DNA of 64,000 nt from Candidatus Coneutiohabitans thermophilus (lineage in GTDB: Bacteria > Zhuqueibacterota > Zhuqueibacteria > Zhuqueibacterales > Zhuqueibacteraceae). The notes under the pieces were generated by a model that worked only from the letters and a program-made list of their open reading frames with translations, had not been told where the DNA came from and searched no databases. The translations under genes were made by a program, and so were the position numbers. Positions within the stretch are counted from its first letter, which is position 1. Each line of letters opens with the position of its first letter. The stretch covers positions 14,742-78,741 of the forward strand of contig JAPDQY010000002.1 of assembly GCA_034505235.1 (NCBI GenBank), in the 5' to 3' direction. Shown piece by piece: positions 1-9,635 of this stretch.

Positions 1-95
1 GCGACCAGCAGCAAACCCATGGGAATGGCGAGGAGGCCGCCCACAAATAAAAACGCCAAATTCAAAACATCTGAAAGCCCAAGCATCAGCATCAC
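1..95 (-). CDS. Possible N-terminus of a membrane protein, running off the window edge
   Basis: Minus-strand frame reads (V)MLMLGLSDVLNLAFLFVGGLLAIPMGLLLV, strongly hydrophobic and open to position 1. An in-frame TGA lies just upstream, so the start is uncertain. Confidence 0.25.
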   Translation of the reverse strand, partial: MMLMLGLSDVLNLAFLFVGGLLAIPMGLLLV

Positions 96-414
96 GACTC
101 TCGAAACGCTCAGAAGTCACCCCACCGTCATGATCCAGCGATCGGTCGAATGAGCATCAGTTAGGCGGGAGGCCGTCATGATTTGGGATTCTTTCACAGA
201 ATTGCGGTATGCCATAATTCTGATTACGGCATGTGAGCAATCTCCGCATTGATGGAGGAAATCAAAGTCAAAAAAATTTCAGCCCAGGTGAGTTGCTTCC
301 CGCAAAGACAAAACATATGCCACCAAGGCGCAAAAAAAATTTTAGAATGAAACATGCAAATTAAAGAGTTACAGTTTCCTGGCCAGAAAGAAGGGAAGGG
401 GAAAAGCAACAAAG

Positions 415-432
415 TGTTGCGTTCAGGCAACG
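415..432. promoter_or_regulatory. Palindromic operator/enhancer candidate TGTTGC-N6-GCAACG (copy 1)
   Basis: TGTTGC GTTCAG GCAACG; same arms and spacer length as copy 2, 69 bp away; lies just downstream of a sigma-54 activator gene. Confidence 0.4.
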
Positions 433-483
433 CTTGGTCGGGTGGAAGGCGAGAAAGCATATTGATTTCAATGGACTTTGGCT

Positions 484-501
484 TGTTGCAGGCATGCAAC
501 G
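484..501. promoter_or_regulatory. Palindromic operator/enhancer candidate TGTTGC-N6-GCAACG (copy 2)
   Basis: TGTTGC AGGCAT GCAACG. Confidence 0.4.
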
Positions 502-564
502 GAGAGAAGACCAGGCATGTGGATTCGCCTCCACGCGCGCTCTTGCGAAGCGGAACAATGAACC

Positions 565-1923
565 TCAGGAAGCGAGAATGCGATAGATCGTGGCGCGATT
601 GACGCCGGCTTCCTCAGCAGCGCGAGTGTAGTTGCCGTCGTGGCGGCTGAGCTTCTCGTGGAAATAATCCCGCTGGAATTGTTCGACCAACTTCTCTTTC
701 GCCTGCTCGTACGGCAGATCGAAAAGCGGCAGGAAGAATTCCGGAGAGGCATTTGGGTGCGGTGGGAGGGAGAGACGCGAACGGTCAATTTTGCCCTCTT
801 TGCTGAACAAAACGAGATTCTCGATCGCGCTGGTCAGCTCGCGCACGTTGCCGGGCCATTCGTATTGCAGCCAGGCCTGCATCACGTCGGCAGGGATCTC
901 AGGAGGCAAACGATGCAACATCAGACTGTAATATTCGAGATAATATTTGATTAACGGTGGAATATCGTCACGGCGCTGGCGCAACGGCGGCACGTGAATG
1001 TTTACGCGGTTGATGCGATAAAACAAATCCTGCCGAAAGCGCCCGACTTTCGTCTCTTCCTCAAGATTGTGATTGGTGGCGGCAATCAAGCGCACGTCAG
1101 CGTATTGTTCATGCGTTTTGCCGATGCGGTTGAATTTGCCGTATTCCACTGCGCGCAAAATTTTGGGTTGGGATTCCAGCGGCAAATCGCCGATTTCATC
1201 GAGAAACAATGTACTCAGATGGGCGGCTTCGAATTTGCCGCGCTGCTGGCGGTCGGCGCTGGTAAAAGAGCCGCGCTCGTGGCCAAAGAATTCGCTTTCA
1301 AACAACGGCGCAGCGAGATTACTGCAATTGACCACGAACAGCGGCCGCTCCGCACGCAGGCTGCGGCGGTGAATCTCGCGCGCCACCAGTTCTTTGCCGG
1401 TGCCCGATTCGCCGGTGATCAGTACCGGGCAATCACTCGGTGCCACGGCGTCGATATCTTCGATGAGCTTGCGCATTGCCGGACTCTCGGCAATGAATTT
1501 GGCATATTGGCGCTGCAATTCATCGCGATAGGCGCGGCGCCATGCGAGATTCTGAATGTGCTGCTTGAGATGCGCGCGCAGTTCTTTGAGGTTGGGCGCC
1601 TTGCTGCAATAATCGAGGGCGCCGAGCCGGCCGGCCTGATGCGCCGTCTCGACGGAGGCATGCTCGGTGACGATAATGATGGCGGCGTCCGGATCCAATT
1701 GTTTGAGCCGGCGCAAGGTTTCAATGCCGTCAATGCCGCGGCCCAGCTTCAAATCAACCAGAATGAGATCTGCGGCGACCTCTTGAAATTTGCGCAAGCC
1801 TTCTTCGCCGGTTGCCGCGGTCACCACATTAAATTCTTCTCCGGTCAGCAGGATGAAATCCTGGGCAAATTGTGGTTGATCGTCGATGATCAGAAGGGTG
1901 TGTTTTTCGGAATTCGAATTCAT
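565..1923 (-). CDS. Sigma-54-dependent two-component response regulator (NtrC/AtoC family)
   Basis: Receiver (LIIDD, LVDLKL), AAA+ Walker A GESGTGKE, GSFTSA (GAFTGA-like loop), LFLDEIG, RQDLFYRIN, WPGNVREL, C-terminal Fis-type HTH (AAEEAGVNRATIYR). Confidence 0.93.
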   Translation of the reverse strand: MNSNSEKHTLLIIDDQPQFAQDFILLTGEEFNVVTAATGEEGLRKFQEVAADLILVDLKLGRGIDGIETLRRLKQLDPDAAIIIVTEHASVETAHQAGRLGALDYCSKAPNLKELRAHLKQHIQNLAWRRAYRDELQRQYAKFIAESPAMRKLIEDIDAVAPSDCPVLITGESGTGKELVAREIHRRSLRAERPLFVVNCSNLAAPLFESEFFGHERGSFTSADRQQRGKFEAAHLSTLFLDEIGDLPLESQPKILRAVEYGKFNRIGKTHEQYADVRLIAATNHNLEEETKVGRFRQDLFYRINRVNIHVPPLRQRRDDIPPLIKYYLEYYSLMLHRLPPEIPADVMQAWLQYEWPGNVRELTSAIENLVLFSKEGKIDRSRLSLPPHPNASPEFFLPLFDLPYEQAKEKLVEQFQRDYFHEKLSRHDGNYTRAAEEAGVNRATIYRILAS

Positions 1924-2063
1924 GTGAACCCCGGTTCTGGAAGTGAGGTTTGATTAACACGGTAACCAAAATGAAAACCGTACAAGTTTACTCCGAACAA
2001 GACTCGCCTGAATGACATTTCGAGATAGCCTCGAACAAATCAAAAAAGCCGCGCGCTAGATTT

Positions 2064-4427
2064 TTACCCCCTTTGTCGCGCCTGCAGAATGGCGCGCACA
2101 AAGAAAACTTTGCTGGGATGATGCTGCGGCAGATGATCATAGATGGTCGCGCGATCAAGCGCGTCTGTTTTGCTGAGAAAGTTTGCGATTTCGTCGACTT
2201 CCTGCGGTAAGATGATGGCATCCAGATCCTCGATTTTTCCGTCTAGCGCCAATTCTTTGGCATGTCCCCAAATGGTGCTTTCTTCCAATGCGCGCGCCTG
2301 CGCCACGTCTTTGATCGACAAGCCTTGACGCAGAAGTTGCAGCGTCTGCAAAAGAGTTCCACCTTAATTTTCTTGGGTGTTGTTGCGTCGCGCCGTTCTT
2401 GCATTACCGCTGGCAATGCAGCCTGGCGCTGTCCGCGCAAGACTTCCCAGTCTTTGGGCGTGACTTGCAGCACGGGATATTCGCCGTCGCTGCGTGCGAG
2501 GTAACTCGCAGGATCAAACGCTGAATGTCTTTTTCAATTTGCTTTAACGGCAGGTCACGCAGCAGTGCAAAGGTCGATAACCCGGCAAAATTGCGGCTGC
2601 GTTCAGTGTTTGAGCCTTTGAGTACTTCTGCCACTGCTTTTGCGCCGAAGCGTTCTTGCATGCGCACGACGCAACTCAAAATTTTCTGCGCGAGCAGCGT
2701 TGCCTCGGCTGACGTCTGCCAGACGATTCCGCAATTGTCACAATTTTCGCAGCGCGTTGCCGCATGGCTTTCACCGAAAGAATCGAGGATGAAATGCCGC
2801 CGGCAGCTTGCCAGCTCGCAATAACGCTGCATGTGGCGCAGCTTGGCCGTGGCTTCGATGCGGCGCTGAATGAGAATGTTTTTGTCAAAGCGCAACGGCC
2901 GTTTGGCATCGCTCAATAGAATGCCGCGGTGTTTGAAGGGCCCGGCGATCTGCAAGAAATTTTGCGCGGCCAAGGCTTCCAAACCTTGCATAAGCCGGCT
3001 CCGTGAGAGGTGCAATAAGCGCACCGGCTCGCGCAAATCAAGACGATGCCATGTGGCAGGTGCATCGCCTGCCAATTCTTGTAAAAAATTCAACGGCATT
3101 GTTGCGGTTTGCGCCTCTGGCTTCTCTGGGTGTTGCGTAGTTTTGCAAGTTGTCAATCTGAAATAAAACGTATCCGGAGGAGGCGTGATCAAGGTCAAAC
3201 AGTGAATCTCTGTGAGAAACTGCAAGGCGGCATTGACCAGGGAGGCGGTGGTGTTCTCGCCGAGCATGCGGGCAATTTCGTCGCTGCGCCACTGAATGAT
3301 ATGGCCAACGTCAACCTCCGCGTTACGCAAGACGTCGTAGACCTCATGCACGATCTCAGGTTCGGGGTTGTCATTGTCGATAAAAAATTCCTGCAAGAAC
3401 AAATCCTGGGGCGAATAAAAGATAATGCAATCAGCCGGTTCGTCGTCGCGTCCCGCGCGCCCGCCCTCTCGATGGCAGGCCTCAAGTGTGCCCGGCATGT
3501 CGGTATGCAACACAAAGCGCACGTTGGATTTGTCGATGCCCATGCCGAAGGCATTGGTGGCAACGATACAGCGGATTTTTTCGTTCACGAACAACTCTTT
3601 GCGCGAATTTGCGCGCCGGCAAATCCATACCCGCGTGATAACCGGCAGCCTTGATTTTTTCTTTGGTCAATGCGGCAACCAAATTGTCGACACTCTTGCG
3701 CGTGCCGGCGCAGACCATGCCCAGGCCTTCGTGGCGGCGGAGATAATCGCAAATAGGGCTAATCTTATCCGCCGAGTGTTTGACGGCAAAACGTAAATTC
3801 GGCCGGTCAAAGCCGGCGATGAATGTTTTGGGATTGTCCAGCTTGAGTTGTTTGAGAATATCGTCGTGCACGCGTTGCGTGGCCGTGGCGGTCAACGCCA
3901 TGATGCGTTGTGCATTGAGCGTATCCACGGCGCGCCGCAATTGCAAATAGGAAGGCCGAAAATCGAGCCCCCCATTGCGAGATGCAATGCGCTTCGTCAA
4001 TCGCAAACAGCGAAATGTTCATGCCGTGCAACTGTTCGATGAAATAACCGGATTGGAAACGCTCGGGCGTGACATAAAGTAGTTTGATGCGGCCCGCATG
4101 CGCTTCGTGCAGGCGCTCACGGTTCTCCCCCGGCGTTAAAGTGGAATTGATAAAGCCCGCGGGATAACTCTTGGCGTGTAATTGATCGACCTGATCTTTC
4201 ATCAAAGCAAGCAGCGGCGCGACCACCAGCGTCAGCCCGTCAAAAAGTAACGCCGGCAGTTGATAGCAAAGCGATTTGCCGCCGCCGGTTGGCATGATGG
4301 CCAGCACATGTTCTCCGGCCAGAACCGCAGCAAGAATTTCGCCTTGCCCCGGGCGAAAGCGCCGGTGCTTGCAAGCGGTGTGCAACAAGTCTTCTGCCTG
4401 CCCCAAAACATGATCAATGTGATTCAT
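2064..4427 (-). pseudogene. recQ: RecQ family helicase pseudogene (4 frameshifts)
   Basis: RecQ motifs spread over 5 frames: MPTGGGKSLCYQLPA, YVTPERF, IDEAHCISQWG | DFRPSY, ALTATA, FDRPNL, YHAGM | VATNAFGMGIDKSNVRFVLH, GRAGRD, Zn-site CRRHFIL..CENCDNC, RQC | YLARSDGEYPVL | C-terminal HTH (GLSIKDVAQARALEESTIWGH). Shifts at about 3970, 3598, 2505 and 2368. Confidence 0.9.
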
Positions 4428-4539
4428 GGCGTGAGCCCCAAATTGCGCGCGAACTTTTATATGATGCCAAAAGTACGCCTGAATTGCAAGTCGAATTTGC
4501 CGGAGGGAGGGCATGCCCGGCCGGTGCGAGGTTAATTCC

Positions 4540-4567
4540 TTGCACAATCGCCAAATTCTGTTAGCTT
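4540..4567 (+). promoter_or_regulatory. Possible sigma-70 / extended -10 promoter for hflKC
   Basis: TTGCAC-N16-TAGCTT with TG two bases upstream of the -10 box; about 140 bp before the hflK start. Confidence 0.3.
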
Positions 4568-4706
4568 GCCCATGACAGGCCTGTGAGTTCGCAAAACGGC
4601 GTTGCAGCCCGCCGCGAAATTTGTCGCGGAGCAAGGCAGCGCCGTGCAGGTTTTTCCGTGTTTGTTCACCCACAGGTTTGAAAATGCAGAAAGGAGGCTG
4701 GGCGCT

Positions 4707-5696
4707 ATGGCGCGTATGGTAAACATGAGCGGCAGAGTCGTCGAACTGCCGCGCTTTGAAGGCCGATGGCTGCGTTTGATTGCGATCGGCGCGGTTGTCG
4801 TCTGGTTTTTACTCTCGTCATTCTACACCGTCGATGCGGATGAAGTCGGCGTGATCCAGCGCTTCGGCAAGTATGTTGAGACGATGCAGCCCGGGCTGCA
4901 CATGAAGATCCCGTTTGGGATTGAAACGGTGAAAAGGGTGAAAGTGCAGCGGGTGCTCAAGGAGGAATTCGGTTATCGCACGCAGGCGCCGGGCGTGCGC
5001 TCGACTTATGCAGAGGGCGACTACAGCGCCGAGTCCCTGATGCTCACCGGCGATTTGAGCTGTGCGCTGGTGGAGTGGATCGTGCAGTATCGCATCAAGG
5101 ATCCCAGGGCCTATCTCTTTCATGTGCGCGACATCACCGGCACCATCCGTGATTTGACGGAGTCGGCGATGCGGCAGGTGGTGGGTGATCACAGCGTCGA
5201 TGAAGTCATTATCACCAATCGCCAGGAGATTTCGCTGGAGGTGCGCGATCTGCTGCAGCAATTGCTCGATCACACCGAAACCGGGGTCGATATTGTGACC
5301 GTCAATCTGCAGGACGTCAATCCGCCGGGGCCGGTGCAGCCGGCGTTCAATGCCGTCAATGAAGCCAAACAGGAGCGCGAGCGCATCATCAACGAGGCGC
5401 TGGAAGCCTACAACAAAGTCATTCCGCAGGCGCAGGGCGAGGCCGAGCAACTGCTGCGGCAGGCGGAGGGCTACAGCGTCAATCGCATTAACCGCGCGCG
5501 CGGCGATGCCGACAAGTTTCTCGCGATTTGGCAGGAATACAGCCGCGCCCGCGACGTCACCCGGCGCCGCCTGTACCTGGAAACGATGCTCGAGGTCATG
5601 CCGCGCATCAAGGAGGTCTACATCATCGATGACAAGCAGGGCAATCTGATTCCCCTGTTGCAGATGCGCGGCCAGGAGAAGGGAGACCGGCCATGA
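4707..5696 (+). CDS. hflK: FtsH protease modulator HflK
   Basis: N-terminal TM followed by SPFH domain (RFGKY, PGLHMKIPF, MLTGD, QYRI.DP, QDVNPP..VQPAFNAV..AKQE, RRRLYLETM); AGGAGG RBS upstream of ATG 4707. Confidence 0.93.
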   Translation: MARMVNMSGRVVELPRFEGRWLRLIAIGAVVVWFLLSSFYTVDADEVGVIQRFGKYVETMQPGLHMKIPFGIETVKRVKVQRVLKEEFGYRTQAPGVRSTYAEGDYSAESLMLTGDLSCALVEWIVQYRIKDPRAYLFHVRDITGTIRDLTESAMRQVVGDHSVDEVIITNRQEISLEVRDLLQQLLDHTETGVDIVTVNLQDVNPPGPVQPAFNAVNEAKQERERIINEALEAYNKVIPQAQGEAEQLLRQAEGYSVNRINRARGDADKFLAIWQEYSRARDVTRRRLYLETMLEVMPRIKEVYIIDDKQGNLIPLLQMRGQEKGDRP

Positions 5697-6649
5697 ATGT
5701 TCGCCGTGTGTTGTTGACGATGGCGGCTCTGGTGTCGCTGCTGGCGGCCAATGCCGCCCTCTACACGCTCGATGAGACCGAGCAGGCGATCATCACGCAG
5801 TTTGGCCAGCCTGTCGGCCGGCCGGTGCGGGATGCCGGCCTGCATGTCAAACTGCCCTTCATTCAAAAAGTCACGTTTTTCGACAAGCGCATTTTGGAAT
5901 GGGACGGCGCGCCCAATCAAATCCCCACGGAGGACAAGAAATACATCTGGGTCAACACCTTCGCACGCTGGCGCATCGTCGATCCGCTGAAGTTCTATCA
6001 ATCTGTCAACAATGAAACCGCGGCGCAAAGCCGGCTCGACGACATCATCGACGGCGTCACCCGCGACATCATCACGCAAAGCCCGCTCATCGAGGTGGTG
6101 CGCAACAGCAACCGCGAGATGACCACCATCGTCGAAGGCGATTCGGGCACGATCGGGCCCGTGGTGGAATCGCAGGAAATCGAGACCATCAACAGCGGCC
6201 GCAGCAAAATCATGGACCGCATTCTCGCCAAGGTGAGCGAGATGGTGCCGCAATACGGCATCGAGGTCATCGACGTCCGCATCAAGCACATCAACTACAT
6301 CGACGACGTGCTGCGCAAGGTGTACGACCGCATGATTGCGGAGCGCAATCGCATCGCGGAGAAATACCGCTCCGAAGGCCAGGGCGAGCGTGCCAAGATC
6401 GAGGGCCAGCGCGAGAAGGACCTGCAGACCATCACCTCGCAGGCGTACAAGCAGGCGCAGCAAATCAAGGGCGAGGCCGATGCCCGCGCCGCCAGAATTT
6501 ATGCCGAGGCCTACAATCGCGACCCGGAATTTTATTCCTTTCTGCAGACGCTGGAGTCGTATCGCACCACGCTCAACCAGAACAGCACGCTGTTCCTGAA
6601 AACCGATGCGGATTTCCTCAAGTATCTCAAGAGCACCGCGCCGCGCTGA
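5693..6649 (+). CDS. hflC: FtsH protease modulator HflC
   Basis: QAIITQFG.PV, GLHVKLPFIQ, DVRIKHI, RMIAERNRIAEKYRSEG, DPEFYSFLQTLESY; ATGA overlap with hflK. Confidence 0.93.
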   Translation: MNVRRVLLTMAALVSLLAANAALYTLDETEQAIITQFGQPVGRPVRDAGLHVKLPFIQKVTFFDKRILEWDGAPNQIPTEDKKYIWVNTFARWRIVDPLKFYQSVNNETAAQSRLDDIIDGVTRDIITQSPLIEVVRNSNREMTTIVEGDSGTIGPVVESQEIETINSGRSKIMDRILAKVSEMVPQYGIEVIDVRIKHINYIDDVLRKVYDRMIAERNRIAEKYRSEGQGERAKIEGQREKDLQTITSQAYKQAQQIKGEADARAARIYAEAYNRDPEFYSFLQTLESYRTTLNQNSTLFLKTDADFLKYLKSTAPR

Positions 6650-7009
6650 CGGAAACGGTGCCGAGCCGCCGGCAGCACCCGGCTGTTGCCGGCGGACTTC
6701 CTGGCGCGCAGTGGAATTTTCACTCGCGGCCGTTCCCGTGGGGATCACCTTGGCAGGGGAGTTCGCGGAACAAAGGGCTTCAGAAACGGGAAGAGATATG
6801 CGCAGACTGAGGGGTGACCCGTGCCTGTTCGAGAATGTTCTGATCTCGGCTGTGCCGAGATTTTTGAAACCTCGAGCGCGGTAGGAACTCTGCGGATTTC
6901 GAGGCCACGGCCAAGCCGTGGCAAAAACATTCTCCCAAAGTAGTGATGCCGACGCGGTGAGGTTCACCGGCCGGCATCAGCTCGCCGAAGGCGAAGAATC
7001 TTCTCAGCC

Positions 7010-8071
7010 TCAAGGCTTCACCAGTTCGCCTGCCATCGCGGTGAAGCCGTCGGGATTGGTGAAGGCAACTTCATGGGGGCGATCCGGGGGATAGGCAATC
7101 GCGGCGCACCCCACTTCGCCTTTTTTGTTCACCGCAATGAATTTGTCGTAGAAATCGATTTTGATCCCGAGTTTTTTGTTGATCCCGATGATGCGCTTGC
7201 AGGCCTCGACACACGCGGCCGTGGGGCTGAGCCCCTGGCGCATCAGCGCGACGATGTAAAAACTGCCGCAGGTGCGGATTACTTCCTCACCACGGCCGGT
7301 GGCGCCCGCCGCGCCGACTTCGTTGTCAACATACAGGCCCGCGCCGATGATCGGCGAATCGCCCACCCGGCCGGAGATTTTGTACGCCAGCCCGCTGGTG
7401 GTGGTGATGCCGGCAATGTTGCCCTTCTCATCGACGCCGAGCACATTGATCGTGCCATGGACGCGCCCGCTGCGATCCCTGTAGATGCCGTCGGCAGGGG
7501 GGAGCCAGTCGTCCTGGTCGCTGTGATTCTCCTTCCATTTCAGCCAGATCAGCCGCGCTTTTTCCGTCAGCAAGTTTTCCACCTGAAAACCGTGCATGAT
7601 CGCAAAACGCTGCGCACCGGCTCCGACCAGCATCATGTGATCGGTGCGCTCCATCACCAGACGCGCCACGCTGCTCGGCGTTTTGATGCCCTCCAGTGCG
7701 GCCACGCAGCCGGCCTTGTAGCTCGGGCCATACATGCAGGAGGCATCGAGTTGCACCACGCCGTCTTCATTGGGAAGGCCGCCATAGCCCACGCTGGCAT
7801 CCTCGGGATCGAGTTCGGTGACATTCGCGGCTTTCTCGACAGCATCAAGCACGTTGCCACCCTGGCTGAGGATTTCCCAGCCCGGGCCGTTGGTTTTGCG
7901 GCCCCATTCTTCACCGCGACTGCAAATCAGCACCGGCAGCTTGCCGCCGGGCTGCGCGCGTCTTCGGGTTTTGCTCGTGACGATCGCGGGGAAACCCGCC
8001 ACGGTTGCGCATGCCGCGCCCAAACCGGTGGCGGCTTTCAGGAATCCCCGTCGCGACAGCTTGGTGCTCAT
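7010..8071 (-). CDS. N(4)-(beta-N-acetylglucosaminyl)-L-asparaginase / Ntn-hydrolase (asparaginase 2 family), Tat-exported
   Basis: Tat signal SRRGFLK; SVGYGGLPNEDGVVQLDASCM, nucleophile Thr in HGTI, TTSGL..KISGRVGDSPIIGAG, ATGRGE. Confidence 0.88.
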   Translation of the reverse strand: MSTKLSRRGFLKAATGLGAACATVAGFPAIVTSKTRRRAQPGGKLPVLICSRGEEWGRKTNGPGWEILSQGGNVLDAVEKAANVTELDPEDASVGYGGLPNEDGVVQLDASCMYGPSYKAGCVAALEGIKTPSSVARLVMERTDHMMLVGAGAQRFAIMHGFQVENLLTEKARLIWLKWKENHSDQDDWLPPADGIYRDRSGRVHGTINVLGVDEKGNIAGITTTSGLAYKISGRVGDSPIIGAGLYVDNEVGAAGATGRGEEVIRTCGSFYIVALMRQGLSPTAACVEACKRIIGINKKLGIKIDFYDKFIAVNKKGEVGCAAIAYPPDRPHEVAFTNPDGFTAMAGELVKP

Positions 8072-8104
8072 TTTCTCCTCCTCGTTACTGGTTGCTTTTC
8101 GTTG

Positions 8105-9505
8105 TCACTCCGCCATCTTTTCGAATTGACCTGTTTGCGCCATCAGGGCTTCAATTTCAGCCACGCTGCGCGGTGCGCCGGCGGAGAGATTCTCATAGCC
8201 GGTTTCCGTCACCAGAATGTCATCCTCGATGCGCACGCCCAGGTTGGCGTAGCGCTCTGGCAGGCCGTGTTTCTTCGCGGTGGCGGCAGAAATGTAGATG
8301 CCAGGCTCGATGGTGAAAACCGTCCCGGCCTGCAGCGGGCCGTAGGTGCCAGCGTCGTGTACGTCCAGGCCGAGGTAGTGGCTCAGGCCATGCGGAAAGA
8401 AATCGCGGTAGGTCCCGGCGCGCACGTTCTCTTCGACTGTGCCTTTGAGGATGTCGAGTTTGATCAAGCCCTCCACGATCACGCGCACGGCAGCGGCGCG
8501 CAGATCCTGGAAGCCCACTCCGGGCTTGACCAGTGCCACGGCCGCCTCCTGCGCGGCCAGCACGATATTGTAGATGGCGGCCTGCTCCCGGGAGAATTTC
8601 CCACTGATCGGAATCGTGCGCGTCACGTCCGCGGTGTACATGCCGTATTCCGCGCCGATATCGATCACCACCAGGTCGCCCGGCTGCGTTTGGCGGTCGC
8701 CGGCACGATAATGCAAAATGCAGGAATTGGGGCCCGAACCGACGATGGAGGGGAAGCCCAGACGCGGGCTGCCGTTTTTGGTGAAGACATACTCGAGCAT
8801 GGCCTGCAGTTCATACTCGCGCATGCCGGTCTGCGCCGAGGCCATGACCGTGCGCTGCGCCTCGCAGGTGATGGCAATGGCGCGGCGCAGCAGTGCGATC
8901 TCCGCCGGTGACTTGACCTCGCGCAGGCGGTTCAGAATTTTGCCGGGATGCTCGAGCTTCACGCCCAACAACGCCTCCAGTGCGCTGCGCGTGGAATCGG
9001 ATGCCGGCGAGGCAGGGTGATATGATTCCGGGCGGCCGGTCTCCAAATACAAGGTATCGGCAGCCGCCAGGGCGGCACGGTAAATTCGGTCAAACGCTTC
9101 CGTGGGCAGAACGACGGCGAATCCCAGCTCACTTTGCGCGCCCGCCACGCCCAGGCGTGGGCCCTCCCACATTTCCGCATGAGGATTGCGTGGCCGCACA
9201 AACAGGATTTCCCTCGCCGGCTGGGTGTGCCCTGGGACCGTGAGGCCGGCCGGCACCAGCAGCAGTTTCGCCTCCGGCTCCGGGCAGCCGGTGAGGTAGT
9301 AGAAATTGCTGTCCTGACGGTAGGCATGCTCGACATCGCCGTTGCGCATGGTCACCTCAGCCGCCTTGAACAGGGCAACGCTCCTGCTGCTGAGATGGCG
9401 CAGGAAGGCGGCGCGGTGCGCCTGCCAGTCCCGTGGCGTTTGCGCCCGCAGCGAAGATGAAAAGAGAAGAATTGCAAGAAGTACTGCAGTGGGCCGACGT
9501 TTCAT
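8105..9505 (-). CDS. pepP: Xaa-Pro aminopeptidase (M24B, PepP-like) with signal peptide
   Basis: YRQDSNFYYLTG, LREVKSPAEI, DIGAEY..YTADVTRT, HGLSHYLGLDVHD, TIEPGIY, GVRIEDD; hydrophobic N-terminal signal. Confidence 0.88.
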   Translation of the reverse strand: MKRRPTAVLLAILLFSSSLRAQTPRDWQAHRAAFLRHLSSRSVALFKAAEVTMRNGDVEHAYRQDSNFYYLTGCPEPEAKLLLVPAGLTVPGHTQPAREILFVRPRNPHAEMWEGPRLGVAGAQSELGFAVVLPTEAFDRIYRAALAAADTLYLETGRPESYHPASPASDSTRSALEALLGVKLEHPGKILNRLREVKSPAEIALLRRAIAITCEAQRTVMASAQTGMREYELQAMLEYVFTKNGSPRLGFPSIVGSGPNSCILHYRAGDRQTQPGDLVVIDIGAEYGMYTADVTRTIPISGKFSREQAAIYNIVLAAQEAAVALVKPGVGFQDLRAAAVRVIVEGLIKLDILKGTVEENVRAGTYRDFFPHGLSHYLGLDVHDAGTYGPLQAGTVFTIEPGIYISAATAKKHGLPERYANLGVRIEDDILVTETGYENLSAGAPRSVAEIEALMAQTGQFEKMAE

Positions 9506-9635
9506 GGATGCAATCCTCTGAGATTAAATTTGCGTCCGATTCTCCTGCTTGCCTCCGGAAATGCCGCTGCGCAAGCATTTCCCGGGCGGGCTCGCCGGTG
9601 GTCTGCGCGACCGTGTTCATGCTGACGGTGTCTGC

